From Lama guanicoe (taxonomy: Eukaryota), in assembly GCA_013239625.1 (NCBI GenBank), contig MU053934.1:31241-95240 (forward strand): 64,000 nucleotides of DNA. The letters run 5' to 3'. Below are positions 42,231-54,040 of this stretch, in pieces. The notes beneath the pieces were generated by a model. The model did not search any database, was not told where the DNA came from, and saw only the letters and a program-made list of their open reading frames with translations. Position numbers and translations under genes: made by a program. Within the stretch, counting starts at the first letter, position 1; each line of letters starts with the position of its first letter.

Positions 42231-45200
42231 CTATATGGAGGCTAGGAAACCAGAGAAATAGATGGTGAGTGTGGCTTGCTCAGGCTCCTCAGTTTCCACT
42301 GCAGCTTCTAGCCACACCATTTCACCCACACTCAGTGGAAGGGACAGCATGCCTGAGAGATTCCTGTACTCTTTGGTGGAGACCTGATGCTTTTCTAAGA
42401 CAGGGTTCTTGTTCCTCATCAGCCAAACGGTCACCTTGCAGTGACGGAGCTCTACATCAAAGAGGAAAAGGTAATTTCCTGGCACCCTGCATGTGAAGAC
42501 CCCCGTGTCCTTGTTTAAGTCTCTCTGAGCGTTGTACAGGACCTCTGTGAAGGTGACAGGCTTCGATGGTGAAGGTAGCTTGCCACTGAGCTTCACAGTG
42601 AAGGCTGACTTTCTGTCGCATGGGCATTTTACACTTTGTCCTCGAAGTCCTGGAAGTCCTGGGAAACCTGGGGCCCCTTGGGAAAATGGAGACAAGCCAG
42701 TAAGAAGTTCATAGCATCCAATAAAAAGGTGATACCTCAGTTGATCTGTGAAACCACCACTTTTTTTATTATAACATCGTGGTTAAGAGAGTGATCTTTG
42801 CTGTACGATTAAATGCTTACAAGTCACATCTCTGAAATTGGCTGGCTATGTGAACTTGCTAAAGTCAATTCAACTTTCGGGGCTGTATTTCTTCATCTGA
42901 AAATAATATTATTGACTTCTCATACAGCTATTGTGAAGTCTTAATGAGACTGCATTTAAACTATTTACTATAGTGGCCAAAAAACATTAAACCTTACAGA
43001 AAAACCTTTATGTCATGATCTCATTTATATGCTGAATCTAAAAAAGTCGAACACATAGAAGCAGAGAGTAGAATGGTGGTTGCCAGAGACTAAGGGTAGG
43101 GGGAAGGGGGAGATGTTGGTCAAAGGATACAATGTTTCAATTATGCAGGATGAGTATGCTCTGGAGAGCTAATGGACAGCATGGTGACTATAGTTGACCA
43201 GATCCATTGAAAATTTCTGATTCTTGCTACACCAGATAGTGAGAATGCACGTTATTCTACTTCTAGCTCCTCTCTTCATCCTGCCATTGCTTTCTTTCTT
43301 TCTCTTTTCTTTACTCAAATACATACAGAGGAGGGAAGTGGGGAGATGCTGACCAAATGGGACAAAGCATCAGTTATGCAGGGTGAACGACTTTAGGAGA
43401 TCTAATGGACAGCGTGGTGACTATAGCCAACAACACTGTATTGTATACTTGGAATTTACTAAGAGAGTAGATCTTAAATGTTCTCATCCCCCGCCACGCA
43501 CACAATGGTAACTATCTGAGGTGACAGATATGTTAACTAGTTGATTATGGTAATCATTTCACAAGGTATACATGTACCAAAACATCACCTTAAATATATA
43601 CAATTTTTATTTGTCAGTTAAAGAAATCAACTGTTAAGAAAACATACATTAGCTATTATTAATTCTGTTGGGCCCCGGTTGTTTGGTAGGATTCTGTACT
43701 TCCTGGGATACTTTTGGGAAATGAAACAGTACAGGGTGAACAATGTGATTTCTGATCCTATATGGATGTCAGTGATCCTATATATTATCTCAACCTGATT
43801 TGGGTGGGACTGATTCTTGTTAATGACTCTAATCTTACCAAGGATGATAAATAAAAGGGCCTGAGTGTCTAAGTCTGGGGACCAGAAAATCTTTAGATTA
43901 CCAAATCTAATCCTTGTAGGTAATGACCAATAATAACGGCCCCACAAGATACTATTCACGATTGTGAGCTTTCCTGAGAGTCCCCTCTTGGTCTAGTCTC
44001 ATTAAGCTGCAAGGGAGTCCTGGTAACCAGGACAGAATCTAGGAAGAATCTTGCTGCATGCTCAGGTGCTCACTGGGCACCATCCTTTTCATAATAACTA
44101 GGTTTTGGGCTCTAAATGCCCAGTGAAATCCAGTTCTTCTGCTGGTGCGTGATGCCCTGCTGAATTTATAACCCCTTTTTTCATTACTGTTTATCAGACA
44201 GTCTGATTCATGATGCTGACTCTACTTAGCCCCTGCTCCCACCATGACTAACCCATGTGGGTCACAGTCCCCTGGTACTGGAACTGGGCCATTCTCCCTT
44301 GTCCCCTGTGATTTGGGCTCTGGCCTCCCTGCCTTGGGACCCAAACCTACAGCTGATTATTTTCTACACATTCTTTTCATCTTCAATGCCTCCTGAGCCT
44401 ATGAGGATTATGGCTTCCCCGCCAAGAATACAAAATAAGAGGGAAGAAATACACATCTCACCTATGGGACCAGGAGGCCCTCTCAGACCTGGAGGTCCCG
44501 GATATCCTGGTGCCCCGGGAGGTCCAGCACATCCTCCTTTCTCAAAGACAGCAGTTGCCACTAAGATGATGTTGACCAATATCCCGATACCTTGATTAAA
44601 GAAACAAAGAGAGGTTTTTTCCCTCCATTTTGTTTTGTTTTGTTTTTATATGAGGACAGGATAGGTAGAGTTGCAACCGGGTCCATAAAGTGCATCATCT
44701 CTAGAATTAGACACATGGACTCAAATGTCACCCTGACCCTTACTAGTAAACTGAGCATGTGACCCTCTGAACTTTAGTTAGAATTTGTTAACTCCCCTTC
44801 ATTATCATATAATATATAGTAATAATTACTCAATTAAATGTGATTCTGAATCCTGGACCTTCAACCTTTGTTTTCATCCATCTTTGAACTGATAGCACAT
44901 AGTGAGCACTTAATAACATTTGTTGAGTCACTAAACAGTTCCTTTTTGCTGGAGCATACTATATATTGAGTGCTTATCATGGAAAAAACATTGTGCTAGA
45001 AATACCATACGATCAAGTTTTCATGACACGACCAGTGTTTTTGCCGTAAGCGTCCTTGCCATGGACATCTTTGCCGCAAACATTTTGCCAGATAACTAAT
45101 TGGCTGCAAGGCAATTTTGCCATAAAAGACGAAATAACTGGTTGACAGTTTGATTTCATTCCTCCACTGATGCAGCAATCCCATTTTTGTATTACATAAA

Positions 45201-46469
45201 TCTTAGCCCTTAAAATGGTCCATACAGAGACACGTAGGCATGGCAGTCTTAAAACAGTGGATGATAACGACTAGGTACATCGACTTGATAGAAAATATGG
45301 TGATAAAACTTCCTGGAAGTGTGGAATAAGAGCGTGTAAAGCCAGACTGCATACTATACTAGAAAATGACAGCGTATCAGCTTGCAAGTCCCTGGGTGAT
45401 CTGAAGGCAGAGTTGAACCCACATTTCCCATAGAACTTTGGAACGTTCATCAACGTTCCATGTGACATGTGACAATATGCCAAGAACAACCCATGTACTG
45501 GCTTTCACAACACAACACAAAGCTCAGTCACAAATATGCATCCTAGTATTTGGAAACTGATACCTCTCTTAACGAAGGAGAAAATTTTAGCAAAAAAAGA
45601 AAAAATGTGATGCCGAAAGAAGAAACAAATTAACAAGCAAAAAAAAAAAAAAGTGCAAAATACTATGAAAGACTTTTAAGACAAGTGCTTAGGTACAACT
45701 TACAGAGTAAAATCAGTTATTTGCACAGTATTGCCATGAATCTACACAGCATTGTTAATGTATTCAAATATTTTGTATGTCACAATAAAGCCTCTTTCAA
45801 TTTTGTTATTCATTTCTTGTGTTTCATTATGTCCTTTTTAATGACCCTCTTTTATTTTTCATTATTTTATCTTTTACAGCAAAATGGCCTTTTGGCCAAT
45901 TAGTTATGGAGCAACCATGTTTGCAGAGGAAATACTTGTGGTCCAGTTGTCTATGGCAAAGTAGCTTATTGAGAAAGTGCCTAGAACCACTCATTATACC
46001 CCTGCAAGGTAAGGTGCCTATTTCATTTGACAGATTTCGTAGCTTGGGATTCAAAGAGGCGGTTCTTATTCCTAACCAGATTGCTAGTTAGGTACAGCTG
46101 GTGACAAGATTCTACCTCTAGGCACTTTCAGTTAAGAATCAGCGTTCTTACCCATAAGTGATTCTAACTAGGTAATTAATTAGGTAGCCTCCTTGCCCTG
46201 TTGTTTCTCCAAACCCTCTGCCCTTGGCTTTGACTTTTCCAGCCAAGGCTTGCAGCACAGCAACCCACAAGAAGCACCTTGAGTTAGATGGCATCCCCTC
46301 TCTGTGTTTACCCTCTTCACCCAGAGCAATAATGTCAGAAAACCCATCTTTGGCACTCAGATATCCATACCCCTATTAATAAAATGATACCCTCCTTCCA
46401 CTCTCCTGCAAATACTTGAACGAGGAGATCAGCCCCTCCCACAACCTGCGTCCGTCTCCTACCAGCCAT
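42231..46469 (-). CDS. HP-20: HP-20-like collagen/C1q-domain plasma protein, 193 aa; coding exons 46469-46463, 44590-44462, 42676-42231
   Basis: MAG|IGILVNIILVATAVFEKGGCAGPPGAPG...GPI|GAPGFPGLPGLRGQSVKCPCDRKSAFTVKLSGKLPSPSKPVTFTEVLYNAQRDL...IYFSGFLASI*. The VKCPC..SAFTVK and IYFSGFL motifs are characteristic of HP-20. The 7-nt first coding exon (agaATGGCTG|gtagga, strong Kozak) is inferred and less certain than exons 2-3. Confidence 0.9.
43010..43625 (+). mobile_element. LINE-1 (L1M) 3' end pieces in HP-20 intron 2, one segment present twice
   Basis: ggagatgttggtcaaagg...ctaatggacagcatggtgactatag at ~43108-43195 and again at ~43342-43426. Confidence 0.75.
45030..45988. mobile_element. Non-autonomous DNA transposon with long terminal inverted repeats, family unassigned, in HP-20 intron 1
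   Basis: 45030-45137 is the diverged reverse complement of 45862-45988 (shared ataactaattggc..aagg..attttgc..taaaaga..aaataa); repeated ttgcc motifs. Confidence 0.6.
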
Positions 46470-46597
46470 TCTCGGGACAAAGTCTTTCCCTTGGGGTGGG
46501 CTTCTCTCAGATTTCTTTCTGAAATGCCTCGCTCTGTGTCTGAGGCTTGGGCCCCTGTCACCCAAGGCCTTCGCTAAACGGTATAAAGTTGCTTCTT

Positions 46598-46649
46598 CAA
46601 ATATTTACCCCTGGTGCAATCTGGGACAACAACAAAATTAATATTTAAT
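46598..46649 (-). promoter_or_regulatory. HP-20-like promoter: HNF1 and FOXA sites
   Basis: HNF1-like ATTAATATTTAAT at 46637-46649 and FOXA-like CAAATATTTAC at 46598-46608, 130-180 bp upstream of the inferred ATG. Confidence 0.55.
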
Positions 46650-46859
46650 GGCAAGGTGATTCAGGTCACCCACTCTTTGTGAATCTGGATCTCAGCCTGG
46701 GGAGGGTTCTCAACTACAAGTCCTGTCATTTTCAGGTGTCCTTTCCAGCAGGTCTACCATGGGAGCAGCTGTCAACACATATGAGGCCAGAATAAGGGGT
46801 CCATTTCTCCTCTTGCTCTGACTTCTTTTTTTTTTAAAGAAATACAGTTGTATTTTGGG

Positions 46860-47006
46860 GTTTTTTTGCACTTTTTTGGTTTGCTTTGGGGGACGGAGTT
46901 AGGTTTGCTTAGTTGCTTATTCATTTCTTGATGGAGGTCCTGGGGATTGAACCCAGGACCTCACGCATGCTAAACATGGGCTCTACCACTGAGCTATACC
47001 CTCCCC
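46860..47006 (-). mobile_element. tRNA-derived SINE (Vic-1-like) upstream of HP-20
   Basis: ggggattgaacccaggacctcacgcatgctaaacatgggctctaccactgagctataccctcccc. Confidence 0.85.
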
Positions 47007-48414
47007 ATGATTTCTTTATGAAGACTTATTCCTTATGTTTAACCACAGATCTGGAGTCATGACAAACCATTTTCTGGACAGGAAGCCAAATGCAGGGCAG
47101 AAAGTCTAGAATGGAGGGCAATTTCCAATGAGAATAATGTGCAACGGGAAAGCAACAGTAATTCACTGATACATAATCAGATGGTCAAGCACATGTAAAG
47201 TGTGCCATGCTGATTAATATTAGTTACTGTTTTAACACGCAGGTCACTTACCTCTTTTTATGCCTATAACAACTTTATAAGGAAAATATTTGTATTACAT
47301 GTTATATTTTATACAAAGCAACACTCCATACTCTTGCTCATAACCCTTATTTTGTTCTTTCTGCCTGGAGTTCTTATGCCCCTGAACTTTGATGAACTCA
47401 TCCATTTTCTAACGTTTGAATCAAACATCTCCTTTAGTATCTACATCAAATATACAAATGTGTGGGAAGAAGACATTCTTACAGGGAGAAGAAATTAGAA
47501 GTTAATTCTGAGTTGGGGTAGGGGATCACTCAGCATTGAACATGTAATGTAGGTGAACTATGATTCAAAAGTGAATAATTTCTGGATGCTTTCCTGTAAA
47601 CCCGTACTTGCCCAGAGTACAGGCTGAATGGCATATAGATGGCTGTCAAAAAGAAGAATAGAATTGCCTGACCGACCAGAAGACTGTGAATGACCCAGAA
47701 CATGTAGGCGAATGAATCCTCTAACTTCACTTTCAGAATATTTTTGCAAGCAGAGTGTTGAACAGTTGTCATCTCTTCATTTAAATAAAATATAATGGGG
47801 ATTTTTTTTTAATCTATGCTGTACTAAAGACATATGTAACTGATGATAGTTAGGGATTTCTTCCATCAACTAAGGTTCAAACTTGACCTTATATATACTG
47901 AGGTGGGGGAACATTTATCTCATCTTCCCACGCAGGCTCCAAAATTCTATTTGGAGAGGGTTCTTGTCAGGGAGAGTCTTTGCTACAGAAATGTATTTTG
48001 ATGGGGGTTGCAGCCAGAACCAAGAGCACAGAAGAGAACTAACTGAACATGCATGTACCAGGCATGATTTTCAGACCACAAATATGATATTAAGAGTAGT
48101 TCTTTTGGTAGATTTTTTTTATCAAGTTGAGGAAGTTCCCCTTTATTCCTAGTTTGCTGAGTTTTCATTATGAATGTGTGTTGAATTTTGTCAGGTTACT
48201 TTTCTGATCAATTGATATGATCACATGATTTTTCTGCTCTATTTTCAAGACTTGGTATAGAATTTTTTGCATTTTTTTTGATTTACAATGTTTTATTCAT
48301 TTCTGGTGTACAGCAAAATGATTCAGTTATACATACACATATTCTTCTTCGTATTCTTTTTCCGTCCAGGTGACTACAAGCCGCTGAATATAGTTCTCTG
48401 TGCTATACAGTAGA

Positions 48415-49340
48415 TTGGTGATCAATACAATATTGGTGATCAAGACACTGTGGTATTGGCAGAGGGATATGAACATACATCAATGGAACATAAAAGAGAG
48501 TCTATGTATTAACCACACATGACCGACCCATTTTTTTTTTACAAAAGTACAAAACCAAATCAGTGGAGCACAGATAGGATATTCAACAAATGATGTTGGA
48601 ACAATTGGTAGTCAAAAAAATTAATGTTAACCTAAACCTCACACCTCATTATAAATATTAACACTACATGGATGATAGATCCTAATGTAAGATGTAAATA
48701 TGTATTACTTTTAGAAGAAAACATAGGAGAAAATCTTCCTGGCTTTAAGCTGGGTAGAGATCTTAGACATGATACCAAAAACATAAATCATAAAAGAAAA
48801 AAATTGATAAAATTGACTTTATGGAAAAGGAAAACTTTGCTCCTTAAAATACTAAGAGATTAAAAAGAAAAGCCACAGACTAGGAGTAAATGTTTGCAAA
48901 TCTCCTAGCTGACAAAGAACTTGTATGAAGACTACATAACAAATTCTTTAAACCTAACAGTAAGAAATCAAACTAGCCTATTGAACATGGAAGAACTGAA
49001 CAGACATTTCGCCAGAGAGGGTGTACAGATGGAAAATAGAAAAAAAAATAGAAAACAAGCACATTGAAAATTGCCCCAACATCATTAGTCGTTAGGGAAA
49101 TACAAATTAATGCCAACATGGGATATCACTCCACATCTACTAGAATAGTTAAAATTGAAAAAAATACTAATAATACAAAGATACAGAGCAGCTGGAACTC
49201 TCACATATGGTTAGAAGGAATGTAAAATGGTACAGCTGCTCTGGAAAACAGTTTGGAAGCTTTGTATAAAGTTGAATGTACTTATCATGCAAAACAGCAA
49301 TTCCAATCCTGGATATTTATCCTAGAGAAATGAAAACACA
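48415..49340 (+). mobile_element. Old LINE-1 ORF2 3' region
   Basis: atcaagacactgtggtattggc...ttagaagaaaacataggagaaaatctt...gcaattccaatcctggatatttatcctagagaaatgaaaaca. Confidence 0.8.
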
Positions 49341-49341
49341 T

Positions 49342-49850
49342 TGTGGTTGGCAGAGTCGTGCCCCTGAAGGTTTCATGTCCAGCCTCCTGTTAGTGTGATT
49401 TTACCAATGCGGTTGTGTTTTGTTACACGGCACGACCGATCTAACACAGTGACATGATCCTCGATTGCCTGGACAGGCCTGATGTAATCACGTGGGCCCT
49501 TATAAGCAGAAAAGGAAGGCAAGAGAGAAAGGTAGGCGAATGTTGTGAACGTGGGTCAGGGAAGTCTTCAAGAGCTAAGAATGGTCCTTGACTGATAGCC
49601 TGAAAGAAAACAGGGACGTCAGACCTACAACCTCATGGCATGGGTTCTCCCAACAGTCTGAATAAGCTTGGAAGTAGATTTTTCCCCAGTGCCTTCAGAA
49701 AGGACACATTGATTGTCGCCTACCAAAACTCTTGGCAGAGGACACAGCTGAGTTACATTATGCCCAGACTTCTGACCCATGGAAACCGTGAGATCATAAA
49801 TGCATGCTGTTTTAGCTGCTAAATTTGTGGCAATTTTTCACATCAAAAAT
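49342..49850. mobile_element. MaLR (MLT1-like) LTR
   Basis: tgtggttggcag start; cccagacttctgacccatggaaaccgtgagatcataaatgcatgctgttttagctgctaaatttgtggcaattt. Confidence 0.65.
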
Positions 49851-50139
49851 CAAGAACCACCTAGGACTTGTAGCTTACATGCCTTTCCCACTGGCATCCT
49901 TTAATTCTCTAGCTTCTGTCTTCTGTCTAAAACCCAAGCTAATAAATCCAAGGAACACCTCTGGTCCTATTCTGTAGGTAGGAGGAGGAACATGAGGAAC
50001 TGGGTTCATATTCAGAGGCGGGGATGGGGCTGAAAGAGGAGTAGATCCGAGGCAGAGTCCACTTACTTCAGCAATCCAGATCCTGGTCTTGAGTCAACAA
50101 CTCACTGCCTGAGGTCTATGGAGGTTAAGAAGCTAGTTT

Positions 50140-50300
50140 GGATGTCAATTGCCCTAAATCCTCTCTGGTTAAAAATTAACCCATCCATTAACCTCAGGAG
50201 AGATAAGAAATCAAATATTTAGTGAAATCAGTTGATTTAGTTAGCCCACCTGACTAAATCAATTGATCAAAATACAAACATACTTTGAAAGTCATCACCT
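50140..50300 (+). promoter_or_regulatory. Relic HP-type promoter upstream of the HP-27-like exon
   Basis: ggatgtcaa, ctgGTTAAAAATTAACcc and gaaatcaaatatt match the paralog A promoter (23846-23949) in order. MaLR-like sequence follows immediately. Confidence 0.5.
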
Positions 50301-50309
50301 GAAAACTTC

Positions 50310-51560
50310 GTTGCCTGAAAGAACACATACTTGTTCCCGGGTTCACTGGTTTGCAGGTCAGCAATAGCTTTACTGATTCAGGCGAGGCTGAGCTAACATT
50401 TGGTTGACCTCACTCCAGTGCGTGAATGTGGATCAGTTCTGTTCCACGTGTCTCAATCTGGGATCCACATTGAGGAGAAAAAATACAAGCCACCAAGGAA
50501 GAGTAACTCTCAAAGAGATCACTGGAGTTGAAAAAGCAAGACCAGCAATGCAAACATATTTCAAGCCTCTCCTTCGATTATGTCTTCTAACATCTTTTTG
50601 CACAGAGTAGGTCTATGACCAAGCCCCAAAGTGCAAGAGTGTGGAAGTAATTCTGCTCCCCATGAGGCCATGGCAAGAGTGTGGATGTATCATACCACAG
50701 CTGAAGAGGGCAGAATCTTGGAACCAATAATTGAATTTATCCCCAGTATGCCATCTTAGTTACAAATTTTAAAGTCTCTTCCACCTCCAAAAAAAACTCC
50801 AAAATCCTCACCGCCTCATAGCATCAGGCTGGAAGTCATCTTGTGGTTTACATCATCTTGATGCAGATGACTTTCATATGGGGACCTATGAATTAAAGAG
50901 ACAAATTATCTTTTACTGTAGCCTATATATGATGGTCAACAGTGGTAGGAGAGTGAAGGACTCTCATTTAAAAATAGAAAGAAAGTGAAGTGCTTATCAA
51001 TTACTGATCCAAAGCAACTCTGAAACCCTTCTGGGCAACTGTTTCCAGGTCCTGCTACCCTGAGGATCCTTATTTAAGTAGGTAACTGCTCCGACTCCCT
51101 GAAAGGATCTCTCCAGTCTACTGCTCTCCATATGTTCTGGCTCTTCTTTCTGGGAGGTACTGTTTCCATTTCTGGCCCTAGATACTTTGAAAGAGAGATT
51201 TGGAAAAATGCTCTTCTTGGCAGCTGAACAGGCTGATCATCTGGTTCCTCCTAGTAGAGAGTTGAGGGTCAGAAGACCACGTACATTGCAGTCTCAGAGT
51301 CTATTAATCCAGGCCGTGATGCTTTTGCTCATGCTGTTCTCAAAGGCGTTATGGGTTTTCTACCCCTGGGCGCAGTCAAATCCATGTGCTGCCAGCCCCA
51401 CCCGTAATTCGCTGTCTGTAAATTTAATTTTGAGTATTTTGGTTGCATTTGGCTCTTATGAAAGCATAAAAAACTATCAAGGGGAGGGGAGGTCACACTC
51501 TGCCTAGCGTAAGAGTATGGAAAAGGTGTGGATATAAAATATTAGAGGGAAGTAAATTAT
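50310..51560. mobile_element. Old MaLR LTR/internal-like sequence interrupting the HP-27-like relic
   Basis: ctgttccacgtgtctc...caaacatatttcaagcctct...ccatggcaagagtgtggat, with the latter motif repeated near 51520. Boundaries approximate. Confidence 0.45.
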
Positions 51561-52632
51561 TGTGACCAATAATAAGTAGTTACTTATTTGCATGAACTAG
51601 ATGTCTCCAGCTAGGCTAGATTTCAATTACAACTAGGATAATGTTGTATTTAATATTCAGATTATTAGGATTTTTTTTTTTCTCAAGGAAATCCTTTCCT
51701 TCTCTATTCATGGGAGCCAAATTCTGTTTTATGTTCCTCAAGTCTCCCAGGGACCTTGGCTCCAACAAATAAATCATGCGTAATTATACCCTCACTGAAG
51801 CAGGAATGTCTGAGGTCATAACTGTGTGAAGAGTTCACCTGCCTTCATTGTCTAAATGCTTGAAAATGCTGCAGAAGCCCAGTCAGTCCTTAGGGCCCGC
51901 AACAATGCTTAACTTGTCCAATGTCCTAACTCCCACTTTCAGTGATCTTTCTTGGTAAGAAGAGCGAAGTTCTTTCTCACATGGTATGTATGTCTCAAAT
52001 ACATATGTTCCCAGGCAGCATAACTTGGTTGGCTAAGTGTTCATGAGTTTGCATCCACAGCTGTGTAGACAAGTGACTTCATCTTTCAGTGCCTTGAGTT
52101 CTTCATCTATGAAATGAAGATGCTTGTAGTCCGTACTTCCTAGGGTTGTTAGAATTAAGAAAGGTGATGCATCTCCCCAAGGCTTATAATCATTGAGGTA
52201 TGTTCCAAATCAGATTGTCTTATTCCAGGGCCATTACACTATATCATTGCATTATCCACTGCTTCTCTTTACTGTGAAGATAGAATCTCAGGCTACATGT
52301 ATTTTTTTTCCCTTCCAACTGTTGCTCAAGTTGGAACAGTTCCAAAAGTTCATGCCAAGTCCCTTCAAAAACCAAAATATATCCTGTTAAACTTGCCCTT
52401 TGAGAAATGGATGGATATATGTCATTGGTACATAATGTATAGGGACACTTCCAAAGATGAGTTGAATCTCCGTTTCTGTATATGTAGGTCTAACTTTTCA
52501 TGACAGCTTTTCTTCTTCCAAAGAAAATTAAGTCCCATCTCTACCTGGGAATTCATTACATAAGATTCATATAGGAATGAAGGAAATGCCAGCACTGACC
52601 ATGTGTCTGTCTTTCTTGCTTCTCTGATACAG

Positions 52633-52770
52633 GTGCCTGGATTTCGGTCATGTCTATGCTAATGGCTGTGGTGTCCTCTGGAGATCCAGAAAATCCTGGG
52701 CTTTATGAAGTCCAAGGACCACCAGGGCCTTCTGGTCCCCCAGGTCCTCCTGGGTTTCTTGGCCTGCCTG
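52633..52770 (+). pseudogene. Orphan signal-peptide/collagen exon 2 of a fourth HP gene (HP-27-like), probably a gene relic
   Basis: 138-nt cag|...|gtgag exon with the same size and phase as exon 2 of paralogs A and B: AWISVMSMLMAVVSSGDPENPGLYEVQGPPGPSGPPGPPGFLGLP. The conserved Cys is replaced by Tyr (TAT). I found no exon 1 and no C1q exon in the 11 kb downstream; L1-like sequence starts about 55 bp after the donor. Confidence 0.7.
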
Positions 52771-53416
52771 GTGAGAAATATCTTTCTTCTGCTTCTTCCT
52801 AGATTTCTTATTATTTTATAGAAATGACCCTAGATGTATCTTATCTCACATGGTATGCAAAAATCAGACACAACAGAAGTATAGACATACAATAAAATAA
52901 TCAAGCTTTTTACTAGAATACACAGGAGACTATCTTCATGTCTCGGTTTAGGCAGAGTTTTCGTCAACAGGATATTACAAGCATTACTCTTAAAGGAATA
53001 AAATGATAACTTTAAGTTCATCAAACTCTATTGTATTTGGCCGTTTCTCACAAGCACAGAAAGGTGCCAGCCTGTATGTGTGTGCGTGCGGAAGAAGGAG
53101 AGGGTGATGACGCAGAACCAGCCGTGTGTAGGGGTTGAGAGACGCCCAATTACAATGATTCTGAAGCCCAGGTAAGTATCCACAAGCCCCGCCTCCATCA
53201 TTTAATCCTGGTATTTTCCCTCGGGGGCACAGCCCTTCCTTTACAACTAAAGATGAGGTTAGTGATGTAAATGTGTCTGTGATGGGTGAACAATTGCTTA
53301 CATTACAATAAAAATGAAATATGCTGATGAATCATTCTCTGAGCCACCTTTGATGAGGGAATGAATGGAGAGGAGGATAGCACTCAGAAATACTTTCTGT
53401 TGAAGTAGGGAGGTTT

Positions 53417-54040
53417 CTTTAAAAAATTAAAAACAGAACTAACATATGACCCAACAATTCCACTCCTGGGTATATATTCAAAAAAAAAAAAAAAACCCAA
53501 AGCATTAATTTGAAAGATACATGCACCCCGATGTTCATAGCAGCATTATTTACAATTGCTAAGATATGGAATCAAGCCAAGTGTCCAACAACAGATGAAC
53601 AGACAAAGATGTGATGTGTATACACACACACATACACACGTACACAATTGATACTACTCAGCCATAAAAGCCATAAAAAAGAACAAAATTTTACCATTTA
53701 CAGCAACATGGATGGACCTGGAGGGCGTTATGCTAAGTGAAAGAAGTCAGACGGAGAAAGACAAATACTGTATCGCATCCCTTATGTGTGGAATCTAAAA
53801 ATTACAGCAAACTAGTGAATATAACAACAAAAGATGCAGACTCACAGATACAGGAAACAAGCTAGTGGCTACCAGTGGGGGAGCGGGGAGGGGCAGTGTG
53901 GGGTGAGGTGGTGGGAGGGACATACTCCTGGGTCTAAGATAGGATACAAGGATGTACTGTACAACACGGGGAACAGAGCAATATTTTGTAATAACTAAAT
54001 GGAGTGTAATCTGTAAAAATTGTGTAAAAATTAAAAATAA
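53417..54040 (+). mobile_element. LINE-1 3' end
   Basis: catatgacccaacaattccactcctggg...gcaacatggatggacctggagggcgttatgctaagtgaaagaagtcagacggagaaagacaaatactg. Confidence 0.85.

Noticed and set aside
28874..42676. Calling the C1q genes adiponectin, C1QA-C or C1QTNF members
   Set aside because: The very short collagen stalk, separate short first coding exon, clustering and motifs such as VKCPC..SAFTVK fit the HP family better.
46147..46155. Alternative HP-20 first exon ATG G|gtaag on the minus strand
   Set aside because: In phase but with a weak Kozak (cttATG). The 46469 start has a strong Kozak, fits the recalled M-x-x first exon of HP-20 and is closer to the HNF1/FOXA sites. Not fully excluded.
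51900..51990. Possible exon 1 for the HP-27-like relic (ATG...TG|gtaag)
   Set aside because: The donor is phase 2 where phase 1 is needed, and similarity to exon 1 of paralogs A and B is not convincing.
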